This document shows positions 38,659 to 45,626 of a DNA stretch of 64,000 nucleotides, one piece after another. A program made the position numbers and the translations under genes. Position 1 is the first letter of the stretch. Each line of letters opens with the position of its first letter. Origin of the DNA: a virus; the IMG/VR virus record IMGVR_UViG_3300024265_000045, positions 1-64,000 of that record; one strand, written 5' to 3'. The notes under the pieces were generated by a model. The model was not told where the DNA came from and made no database searches. It worked only from the letters and a program-made list of their open reading frames with translations.

Positions 38659-38687
38659 ATTATACCATAGAATGGGTCGGGTCGCTA
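38659..38687 (-). promoter_or_regulatory. Late promoter, probably giving a leaderless transcript
   Basis: CTATGG-TATAAT, then 6 nt, then the ATG at 38652; no SD sequence. Confidence 0.65.
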
Positions 38688-38810
38688 AGTTGGTGAGAGG
38701 GCGTGAGAGATCTTGACAATGAGGACATAGGCAATGTGCGTCAGAAGGCTGTGCAAATTCGTCCAGAATTTTCGGGGTGGAGGCTCTGCATCCCCGGGGG
38801 CTGTAGCCTG

Positions 38811-38876
38811 TTTACGCCAATTTTACGTAACGTTTACGCTGAGTTTACGGTATTGCGTATTGCAATTTGTTACACT
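38811..38876 (+). promoter_or_regulatory. TTTAC-box promoter with four tandem boxes
   Basis: TTTAC at 38811, 38822, 38833 and 38844; TGnTACACT with the hexamer at 38871 (27 bp from the last box). Confidence 0.7.
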
Positions 38877-39024
38877 GTTATTGTGTGTTGCACGTTAACA
38901 ATTTAGCGCAAGCCCATGTACATGTGGTTAGGGTATTGTAGGCAAGTTAGGGAGATGCTTACTGGCTGTAATCGTAGGGTCGTGTACAAAGTTTGCCCTA
39001 ATACAAACTATAGGAGTAAACAAA

Positions 39025-39690
39025 GTGACCACAAGTAAAAGTAAGACAGCAACAAGGCTTGAGAAAGCCACAGCAGAGGTACAGGGAATTAAGTATGTTG
39101 CAATCAAAGAGTATGCAAGTGTACTAACACCTGAACAGCTTGTACAGGTAGACACCATTAAAGCAATGGGTAACGTTCCCAGTGTTGTCAAGTGTATAAG
39201 GTGTGGTAAGTTCACTGTACGTGACAGCGCACGGGCACGCTTGACCGGTGATCTGTGCCATGCACATCTGCTGAAAGGCAGGGGTAAAGACGCAACCGCC
39301 GCACACAAGGCGGAGATGACAAGGGAACGTGTAGCAGACAGTGTGCTGATACCCACAATGCATAATGTATGCTTGCGACTACAAATACCAGTAGGCGCAA
39401 TGGTGCGTGCTACTGGTGGGGATGGTTTATTCGACCCTCCTGCAACTAGCAAGTTGCAAACGTATTTCGGAACAAAGCCAAAAACCCGCCATGTTGTAAA
39501 CGGGAAATTTGCTACCAGTGCGCAGGGCTTGTTAGCTATAAGCCAATGTGCAAAGCGCACAATAACCCGCTCCCCAAGTGTGCAAAAAGATTGGGACAAC
39601 GTGCAGACAGGCAAGGCTGTAGTCAAGATAGCAGGGGAAGGGCGCAAGGCTGTAATCACAGTAGTACCAGTGAAAGCTAATGCCAAGTAA
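39025..39690 (+). CDS. Basic zinc-finger protein, paralog of 58365-58868
   Basis: AGGAG RBS with GTG start; CIRCGK...GDLC; IPVGAMVRATGGD...PP. Confidence 0.75.
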   Translation: MTTSKSKTATRLEKATAEVQGIKYVAIKEYASVLTPEQLVQVDTIKAMGNVPSVVKCIRCGKFTVRDSARARLTGDLCHAHLLKGRGKDATAAHKAEMTRERVADSVLIPTMHNVCLRLQIPVGAMVRATGGDGLFDPPATSKLQTYFGTKPKTRHVVNGKFATSAQGLLAISQCAKRTITRSPSVQKDWDNVQTGKAVVKIAGEGRKAVITVVPVKANAK

Positions 39691-39938
39691 GCAAATATTG
39701 TACCAGTTCGACAACCTGTTGGGCAAGCTTGAACACTACGAGTACATGTTAGCATGGGCAAAAAAGTATAGTGACTACCAAACACAATACACTTACGCTT
39801 TACAAATTGCCCAAACTTGGGCAAGCATACGCCAAACAGCAAGCAGGATAAGATAACCTACAACGTGCAACATACAAGGCAACCCACTGGCAACAGTGGG
39901 TTGTTTGCGTTATACAACCCAAGCAAGCCCTAGACCCA

Positions 39939-40060
39939 CCCTAGTTTATGACGCAAACCAGTTTACGACCCCAACCAAATGGGTCTGCAAACTGGTTTAT
40001 CTTCCAAACTGGTTTGTCTCGCAAACTAGTCTATCTCGCCAACAAGTCGTGTTTCAACCT
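39939..40060. repeat. Degenerate 17-bp tandem repeat with AAACYRGTTT palindromic core
   Basis: Cores at 39955, 39989, 40006 and 40023 (spacings 34, 17, 17), with weaker units in phase. Confidence 0.65.
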
Positions 40061-40097
40061 TCCATCTCGCAGCCAACAAATCGCCAAATAAATACTC

Positions 40098-40345
40098 TCG
40101 CGTATGATTTGTCGTTTCAAAATAAATAAACTCGCGTACGATTAACTAAATAACTCGCGTACGATCTACCCATCTCAAAATAAATCTCCGCGTACGACTA
40201 ATAAAAATTCTCGCGTACGACTTATCATTTTAAAATAAATAAGTTCATGTACGATTTATTATTTTAAAATAAATAAGTTCATGTATGACTAATAAAAATT
40301 CTCGCGTATGATTAGGCATATCATTTAAGAAATCCTTGCGTATCA
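40098..40345. repeat. Array 1 of TCRYRTAYGA boxes with A/T-tract spacers
   Basis: Boxes at 40098, 40132, 40155, 40188, 40211, 40245, 40279, 40302 and a degenerate one at 40336. Confidence 0.9.
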
Positions 40346-40353
40346 TCAAAACG

Positions 40354-40397
40354 TTTACGTAGGATTTATTACCCCAGGACTTAGTTTGGGGTATACT
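40354..40397 (+). promoter_or_regulatory. TTTAC-box promoter
   Basis: TTTAC 40354, TTTAT 40365, TATACT 40392. Confidence 0.8.
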
Positions 40398-40455
40398 ATA
40401 GTTAGGAAATAAATTAGTTTTATGAAATGGGTAAAATGCCCGAAAGGTAAAAATT

Positions 40456-40716
40456 ATGGAAACACTTTATGTAGCAAGTCCTAGTAAATGGGTTGCCGAA
40501 ATTACGGCGGTTACAAAACGCGAACTTGTAAACCACTACGGCGAAAACCCTGCCACCCTAAACAACGCCGAAGTTGCCTTATGCTTATACGACAACCCCA
40601 ACCACAATTGGGACACGGTACTAGGCTTTATCCAAGAAGACCCTGCCAAATACAAAGTTTTCACAATTGGTTTTCTCGGGTTAGTATGGTTGTCATTTAT
40701 GGCAGCTTGGTCGTAA
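40456..40716 (+). CDS. Early hypothetical protein, weakly similar to 41378-41719
   Basis: GAAAGG RBS after a leader hairpin; followed by a hairpin. Confidence 0.75.
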   Translation: METLYVASPSKWVAEITAVTKRELVNHYGENPATLNNAEVALCLYDNPNHNWDTVLGFIQEDPAKYKVFTIGFLGLVWLSFMAAWS

Positions 40717-40727
40717 AACCAACCAAC

Positions 40728-40756
40728 GGCAGGGTTTACGAAATGTAAGCCCTGCC
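40728..40756 (+). other. Intergenic hairpin
   Basis: GGCAGGGTTTAC-GAAAT-GTAAGCCCTGCC. Confidence 0.6.
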
Positions 40757-40782
40757 CAATAATTTCTTAGAGGAGATGCAAA

Positions 40783-40854
40783 ATGCAAGCTGAAATGGCT
40801 TTTCTCGTAAGTGTAGTGTATATTTCATATATGCTGCTACAATTCATAGGGTAA
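40783..40854 (+). CDS. 23-aa hydrophobic peptide
   Basis: GAGGAG RBS; MQAEMAFLVSVVYISYMLLQFIG. Confidence 0.45.
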   Translation: MQAEMAFLVSVVYISYMLLQFIG

Positions 40855-40857
40855 ATC

Positions 40858-40983
40858 ATGATTGAAATACACATAAATGGTATCACGTTTTGGTTCAACA
40901 ATGAAAATTGGCTACCAGTATCGTTTATACGTATCTGGTTAAACAGGGCTGACGACACCCCACAATTTCCTCCACGAAACTAA
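40858..40983 (+). CDS. 41-aa hypothetical protein
   Basis: Starts 3 nt after the previous stop and ends before the terminator. Confidence 0.45.
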   Translation: MIEIHINGITFWFNNENWLPVSFIRIWLNRADDTPQFPPRN

Positions 40984-40994
40984 GCCCCAATCTC

Positions 40995-41031
40995 AGGCAA
41001 GCCACTCAGGAAATGGCTTGCCTCTCTTTTT
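40995..41031 (+). terminator. Intrinsic terminator
   Basis: AGGCAAGCCA/TGGCTTGCCT stem followed by CTCTTTTT. Confidence 0.7.
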
Positions 41032-41042
41032 GCCTACCAGTT

Positions 41043-41264
41043 TCGTGAATGACCACTGAGGGTAATTCATGAATGACTAAATTCCTCACGTACGATTTTC
41101 CAAATCTACTTTGAAATAAATTCTCACGTATGATCAACAATTCACGTACGATCAAACATTCGTGTACGATTAAAAGTTCACGTACGACTGAAAATTTTAC
41201 AAAAAAAATCTTCGCGTATGACTGGCATTCATATATGATTAGGAACTCATATACGAGCGTACGA
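41043..41264. repeat. Array 2 of TCRYRTAYGA boxes
   Basis: Boxes at 41086, 41124, 41142, 41160, 41178, 41212, 41229, 41247; variants at 41043 and 41067. Confidence 0.88.
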
Positions 41265-41276
41265 CTCGTCCAGGCT

Positions 41277-41320
41277 TTTACGTAGGATTTATTACTACAG
41301 GACCCAATAGGGGCTATAAT
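41277..41320 (+). promoter_or_regulatory. TTTAC-box promoter
   Basis: TTTAC 41277, TTTAT 41288, TATAAT 41315. Confidence 0.8.
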
Positions 41321-41377
41321 ATAAATAAGACTAAATTTATTTTATGAGTTGGGCAAAAAAGCCCGAAAGGTAAAAAA

Positions 41378-41719
41378 ATGTATCACGAAGTACACGCATG
41401 TTTCAACAAAGGTAGCAAAATCGCGTTAGTACAAGTTATTCTCACAAATAACAAATACATTCGCGAACAGCAGTGGCATCTCGAGAAGCCCATTAAAATC
41501 ACAACAGAAATGGTAAAAGACGACCTGTACAATTGCGCAGGGTCGCACAGCTGGCAGGTCTTTGAAAAATTCATATATGACTTCACAGCCCCGTACCCTT
41601 TCAACAAGCCTTACGACCCCAAAAGCAAGTGGATCATAAAGCTACTTGGTATTTTCGGGCTATGGGTTTCAATTGTGTTGGTCACCGACGACGCCACACA
41701 GTACGAACCCATAAAGTAA
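41378..41719 (+). CDS. Early hypothetical protein
   Basis: GAAAGG RBS; the stop abuts hairpin repeat 1. Confidence 0.8.
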   Translation: MYHEVHACFNKGSKIALVQVILTNNKYIREQQWHLEKPIKITTEMVKDDLYNCAGSHSWQVFEKFIYDFTAPYPFNKPYDPKSKWIIKLLGIFGLWVSIVLVTDDATQYEPIK

Positions 41720-41778
41720 GTCTTGGTAGGGGGTACAAGCCAATTTCGCGGAAGTTGGTTTGTAGGGTCTACCAAGAC
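41720..41778 (+). repeat. Intergenic hairpin repeat, copy 1
   Basis: GTCTTGGTAGG-GGG-TACAAG...TTTGTA-GGG-TCTACCAAGAC. Confidence 0.9.
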
Positions 41779-41803
41779 CACAAAATCATAAAGGAGTTCA
41801 AAA

Positions 41804-42229
41804 ATGAACGGCAAGGTCATAAAAATACAGTTCGGTGATTGGCTCGAGGACGTGCTAAACAGCAATCTCGAAGCCAATTGTGTCAAGGTGGGGCATACGT
41901 CCCACACAGGCACAAACGAACTCTACGTTGAGTTTGGGTTAAGTGACCCTAACTACATGAAGTTTGTAGCAAAAGGTTCGTGGGACGAAATACGTGTACA
42001 GCTCGCAGAGGAATTCGGCTACGAATTCACTGGTGTTCAGGACTGGGTACTACCCAATCTTGAGGTTTACATTGAAACTGGCGTACAGGTAAACGTCACA
42101 GTAAACTGGCATGGTACGAAGCATGTACACCGTGGTCAGGAAACGTACAACTACGAGATCATGGTAAACGAAGGCTACGGGGTCCACTACTGTAACAAGC
42201 TCAACGACTGGGCAACAATTCGCAAATAA
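41804..42229 (+). CDS. Early hypothetical protein
   Basis: AAGGAG RBS; bounded by hairpin repeats. Confidence 0.8.
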   Translation: MNGKVIKIQFGDWLEDVLNSNLEANCVKVGHTSHTGTNELYVEFGLSDPNYMKFVAKGSWDEIRVQLAEEFGYEFTGVQDWVLPNLEVYIETGVQVNVTVNWHGTKHVHRGQETYNYEIMVNEGYGVHYCNKLNDWATIRK

Positions 42230-42230
42230 A

Positions 42231-42290
42231 GTCTTGAAAGGGGGTACAAGCCCAGGTCGTGAGAGCTGGTCTTGTGTAGCCTTTCAAGGC
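42231..42290 (+). repeat. Intergenic hairpin repeat, copy 2
   Basis: GTCTTGAAAGG-GGG-TACAAG...CTTGTG-TAG-CCTTTCAAGGC. Confidence 0.9.
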
Positions 42291-42316
42291 TAAAATCAAA
42301 TATGAAGGAGTAAATC

Positions 42317-42523
42317 ATGTTAGCCCAACTCAAACGTGAAATTAAGTACGGGGTCGGTGCAAAAATTCGGTGCTGGCTGCTCAGTCATGACTGGCGTCTC
42401 GATGACTACTGGGACGAAGGCATGTTCAATCACATGTGCGCTCGCTGCGAAAAGTCAGCATACTTTGAATCGCAGCAAGACGACCCAGGTCCGGGATACA
42501 AACGCTGGTACGAAGGTATGTAA
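42317..42523 (+). CDS. Small Cys/His protein (DUF1660-like)
   Basis: IRCWLLSHDW...CARC; AAGGAG RBS. Confidence 0.7.
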   Translation: MLAQLKREIKYGVGAKIRCWLLSHDWRLDDYWDEGMFNHMCARCEKSAYFESQQDDPGPGYKRWYEGM

Positions 42524-42524
42524 G

Positions 42525-42583
42525 GTCTTGAAGGGGGGTACAAGGTAATTTCATTGAAGTTATCTTGTATAGCCTTTCAAGGT
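42525..42583 (+). repeat. Intergenic hairpin repeat, copy 3
   Basis: GTCTTGAAGGG-GGG-TACAAG...CTTGTA-TAG-CCTTTCAAGGT. Confidence 0.9.
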
Positions 42584-42607
42584 TAAATAATCTAAAAGGA
42601 GATTATC

Positions 42608-42754
42608 ATGAAATGCCCACGTACAAAATTCTGTAACGGAAACGGCAAGCACATAACCACGCTCACAACTGATTACAACTTAGTGACAAAATTGTACAGG
42701 TGTGAGAACTGCAAGTTCCGCTTTGCCAAGTCCTCGTACCCCGAACGCTCGTAG
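42608..42754 (+). CDS. 48-aa zinc-ribbon protein (below the ORF track cutoff)
   Basis: AAGGAG RBS; MKCPRTKFC...YRCENCKFRF. Confidence 0.75.
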   Translation: MKCPRTKFCNGNGKHITTLTTDYNLVTKLYRCENCKFRFAKSSYPERS

Positions 42755-42774
42755 CACATGAGCTCGTACCCTTA

Positions 42775-42818
42775 TTAACTCACAGTTTATTGTGGTACGA
42801 ACCTATATGGGGTATACT
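42775..42818 (+). promoter_or_regulatory. TTTAC-box promoter (variant first box)
   Basis: TTAAC 42775, TTTAT 42786, TATACT 42813; GGGGTATACTATAGTTAGGAA identical to the 40354 promoter. Confidence 0.75.
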
Positions 42819-42876
42819 ATAGTTAGGAAGTTAATTAGTTTAGGAAATGCCCAAAATGGGCGAAGGAGTAAACGAA

Positions 42877-43377
42877 ATGTCTAAGCAAGACCCCCTATAC
42901 ACTCTGGATATGGGTATGGCAAGTGATGCAACAGGCGATGCAATGCACCCTGTCATCTACCTGTACCCACACGAAGACCCCCACAGAATCCAAGTTGAAG
43001 CCAAGCTGTGGGAAGGCACAGGGCTATACCACCAAGACGAAAAGGTGTTCGCCCTACTGCTGGTAAGTCAAGAAAGGTTGGAGATCGCAAAGTTTGCTTG
43101 CCGTAATATTCTCCGTATAATACACTTCTATGCGGAAAATGGCGTATTCGTAGAACCCAAAAATTTCACAGCAATTGTGAACTTTGGTTCACGACAAGGG
43201 TACGAGGTCAACGATTTCGCGGATTTTGTACTCCTCACCATAATGCTTTTCACCCAACACCCCGACGCTTGCAAAGCTAATGTTCACGAGGCAGTTGGCA
43301 AGGCGACCTTATTATGGGAAACCCGCATATGCGATCCTTGTGCAAGTTTTGAGAAGTTAGGCACAGCGAGCTTCTAA
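42877..43377 (+). CDS. Early hypothetical protein
   Basis: Start moved to ATG 42877, which follows AAGGAG; the stop abuts hairpin copy 4. Confidence 0.8.
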   Translation: MSKQDPLYTLDMGMASDATGDAMHPVIYLYPHEDPHRIQVEAKLWEGTGLYHQDEKVFALLLVSQERLEIAKFACRNILRIIHFYAENGVFVEPKNFTAIVNFGSRQGYEVNDFADFVLLTIMLFTQHPDACKANVHEAVGKATLLWETRICDPCASFEKLGTASF

Positions 43378-43436
43378 ATCTTGAAGGGGGGTACAAGGCA
43401 ATCTCGTAGAGGTTGTCTTGTATAGCCTTTCAAGGC
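43378..43436 (+). repeat. Intergenic hairpin repeat, copy 4
   Basis: ATCTTGAAGGG-GGG-TACAAG...CTTGTA-TAG-CCTTTCAAGGC. Confidence 0.9.
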
Positions 43437-43461
43437 TAAAACTAAAATAAGGAGAATTACA

Positions 43462-43932
43462 ATGTCAGAACAAGAAATACCCCCGTACCAAATCCCAGAC
43501 TACCTTGCCAAGTGGGTCGGAAATGACCCTGTCCATGAAATTGTTAGCGAAAAAGCAACTATGAAATACTATTGTGAAGACGGGCAAATTTTGGACGACT
43601 CAGGCTATCAGTCTGGTGGTCTCATAGTAGTACAGTTACCTAACCAGACTCCAGGTGGCTATTTCTACTGCCGGTATCCTGAAACAGCAGTTTCATGGAT
43701 GCTTACCCATAAGCTCGTGGATAACCACGACATTTGCTTTTACCACGCCGACGACCCGTATGATTTCAGCTTATTAGGCGACGACGGTATTAGTGGAAAA
43801 GCCTACATAGTCTTAAGCCACCTTCACGATGGGATTTCATCAATGTTGTGGCACGACCACTTACGGGAGGCACACCTAACTTCCGAACAGGCAAAGTTCA
43901 TTAGCGAGTGGGTAGGGTATCAATACGCATAA
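43462..43932 (+). CDS. Early hypothetical protein
   Basis: AAGGAG RBS; bounded by hairpin repeats. Confidence 0.8.
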   Translation: MSEQEIPPYQIPDYLAKWVGNDPVHEIVSEKATMKYYCEDGQILDDSGYQSGGLIVVQLPNQTPGGYFYCRYPETAVSWMLTHKLVDNHDICFYHADDPYDFSLLGDDGISGKAYIVLSHLHDGISSMLWHDHLREAHLTSEQAKFISEWVGYQYA

Positions 43933-43991
43933 GTCTTGAAAGGGGGTACAGGCAAAGATCACAGATCTTTTCCTGTATAGCCTTTCAAGGC
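43933..43991 (+). repeat. Intergenic hairpin repeat, copy 5
   Basis: GTCTTGAAAGG-GGG-TACAGG...CCTGTA-TAG-CCTTTCAAGGC. Confidence 0.9.
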
Positions 43992-44017
43992 AAAAACTAG
44001 AAAGGAGGTATCAAACA

Positions 44018-44233
44018 ATGGAATCGCAAAAACCCAAAGAAGTTACACTCGACGAAGCCCTGGCAAAAGCCGAGGCGAACCAGCCGGTATATCTCATTAA
44101 AAACCCGATGAAGATACGGCAAGAACCCACAGCAGATCTCGGTAGCCATGTCGAAAGCGAAGCTATCCAGAAAGCCAAAAAGAAGAAGCGCAAAGTCGCG
44201 AAGAAATCTCGTAAGAAGAATCGGCGTAAGTAA
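44018..44233 (+). CDS. Small protein with a Lys/Arg-rich C-terminus
   Basis: AAGGAGG RBS; KAKKKKRKVAKKSRKKNRRK. Confidence 0.75.
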   Translation: MESQKPKEVTLDEALAKAEANQPVYLIKNPMKIRQEPTADLGSHVESEAIQKAKKKKRKVAKKSRKKNRRK

Positions 44234-44251
44234 TCAACAACGGAGGATCAA

Positions 44252-44536
44252 ATGACAGCAATTTATAACATTCCGACACATGGCGGGGAAGGACACACAA
44301 CCTACGAAGAAAGCCCCATGTGTCAGACCTGCCTATTGAGTTTCGTAGGCGGAGACGAAGATAAGCTCGTAGCCTGGTGGGTTCGTGACACAAACGAGCC
44401 TTGCATAAATGAAGATAAACCTACTTGTAAGGACTATGATGCTGACCGCAGATTACGAGAAAGTGGGGCTTACACAATCAATAGAGGAGGTTGTCAAGTA
44501 CGCAAGAGACGTAAAGGTCCTCCCTGTAAGTTATAA
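44252..44536 (+). CDS. Cys-rich hypothetical protein
   Basis: GGAGG RBS; CQTC motif. Confidence 0.65.
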   Translation: MTAIYNIPTHGGEGHTTYEESPMCQTCLLSFVGGDEDKLVAWWVRDTNEPCINEDKPTCKDYDADRRLRESGAYTINRGGCQVRKRRKGPPCKL

Positions 44537-44630
44537 ATCATGCAGAGAGCTCGTACGGTATGATCACTCGTACGGTTACAGGCTCGTATGACCTCTCGCA
44601 TGACGGAACATAAACTCACTCGTACAAATG

Positions 44631-44674
44631 TTTACGTAGGATTTATAGTTCTAAGATCCGAACTAAGGTATAAT
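44631..44674 (+). promoter_or_regulatory. TTTAC-box promoter preceded by CTCGTAY repeats
   Basis: TTTAC 44631, TTTAT 44642, TATAAT 44669. Confidence 0.8.
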
Positions 44675-44709
44675 GTAATCAGAATAAACTATAGCAAAAG
44701 GAGAATATA

Positions 44710-45003
44710 ATGTCAGGACCAATTAATTTCACACCTGGAAATCAAGAGGCTCACATTGAGCAATTTCCGACAGGAAAGCCCGACGAACCTGCAATCGCAG
44801 CTTTTGGAGCTTTCAAAGGTCGCCCATATTTCGAAGTACACAAGCTCTACAGCAGGGATGACGGCAGCGTCCATTACGGCAAACAACTTTGTCGAGTGGA
44901 CGTGTCCTGCGCCCGCAAGATGGCAGAGGCAATCCTGCGTAGCGTTGAGAGCTGGGAAGAGGCTATCCAACCCGTTCCAGAACCATTTGATTCAAGCAAG
45001 TAA
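44710..45003 (+). CDS. PC4/YdbC-like ssDNA-binding protein
   Basis: FGAFKGRPYFEVHKLYSRDDGSVHYGKQ resembles the PC4 pattern FxGxxYxDxRxxY...GxxxPxK. Confidence 0.55.
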   Translation: MSGPINFTPGNQEAHIEQFPTGKPDEPAIAAFGAFKGRPYFEVHKLYSRDDGSVHYGKQLCRVDVSCARKMAEAILRSVESWEEAIQPVPEPFDSSK

Positions 45004-45083
45004 TTTGAAAAGCATGGGGGGATTTAGCTGAAAGTCTATGAATAATCGTGGGCTTTTAACTAAATAACAAAAGGAGAAAATAA

Positions 45084-45233
45084 ATGAAACAAAACATTAT
45101 AATCAAAATATCCAGGAAGCTTCGTATGAAAAATCTGAAAATACGATGTTCTGGATGTGGGAAATATAGGTCTCGAGAGCAATTGGCAATACGCTCGTAC
45201 GGTTTTATCTGTGGAGACTGCTGGTACGCATGA
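45084..45233 (+). CDS. 49-aa zinc-finger protein (below the ORF track cutoff)
   Basis: AAGGAG RBS; CSGC...ICGDC. Confidence 0.7.
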   Translation: MKQNIIIKISRKLRMKNLKIRCSGCGKYRSREQLAIRSYGFICGDCWYA

Positions 45234-45495
45234 CGCCTTAAAATAGGTCCGTGAGCCGTTACTACTGTTTACTACTTTTTAAATACTGTGTTTTTAGGGT
45301 CAAGTTTATGATATACTACTATGATACTGCCCAGCCTAGTCAAGGGGTAAAAGCGATACGGCTTACGGTACTAGGTTATAGCGTCATGCAACCATGTAAA
45401 TGACGCCATAAAGTGGTCCTGTGCTCCCTATAAAACACAGTATTTAAAAACAGGTAAACACTACTAACGGCTCACGGACCTAGCTTATGGCGTCA
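45231..45495. repeat. Long imperfect inverted repeat (~70-bp arms) enclosing two inner hairpins
   Basis: Arms 45231-45299 and 45426-45495 share TAGGTCCGTGAGCCGTTA and TTTTTAAATACTGTGTTTT in inverted orientation. Confidence 0.9.
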
Positions 45496-45626
45496 CCCAA
45501 CATTACGCTTATGAAGACCTTTTCCACCACCATTCCCATACAGACGTCCCCATACCCCACCGCTTCGCGGGAGGCATTTCCAAATCTCTCAACTACCTTA
45601 CAATCACCACCTATAGGAGAAACATT

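Noticed and set aside
38713-38745. TTGACA as a canonical -35 box
   Set aside because: No plausible -10 hexamer 16-18 bp downstream.
38928-39842. 304-aa minus-strand ORF
   Set aside because: Antisense shadow of 39025-39690, which has an RBS, a promoter and a paralog.
40098-41264. Box arrays as a CRISPR or mini-CRISPR array
   Set aside because: Repeats are only 10 bp; spacers are 7-28 bp, A/T-rich and partly repeated; no cas operon is present.
41720-43991. Hairpin repeats as integron attC sites
   Set aside because: Length is similar, but there are no RYYYAAC/GTTRRRY ends and no integron integrase in the window; G-U pairing points to an RNA role.
45231-45495. Inverted repeat as a MITE or IS remnant
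   Set aside because: Single copy, no target-site duplication evident and no transposase; kept as an origin/ncRNA candidate instead.
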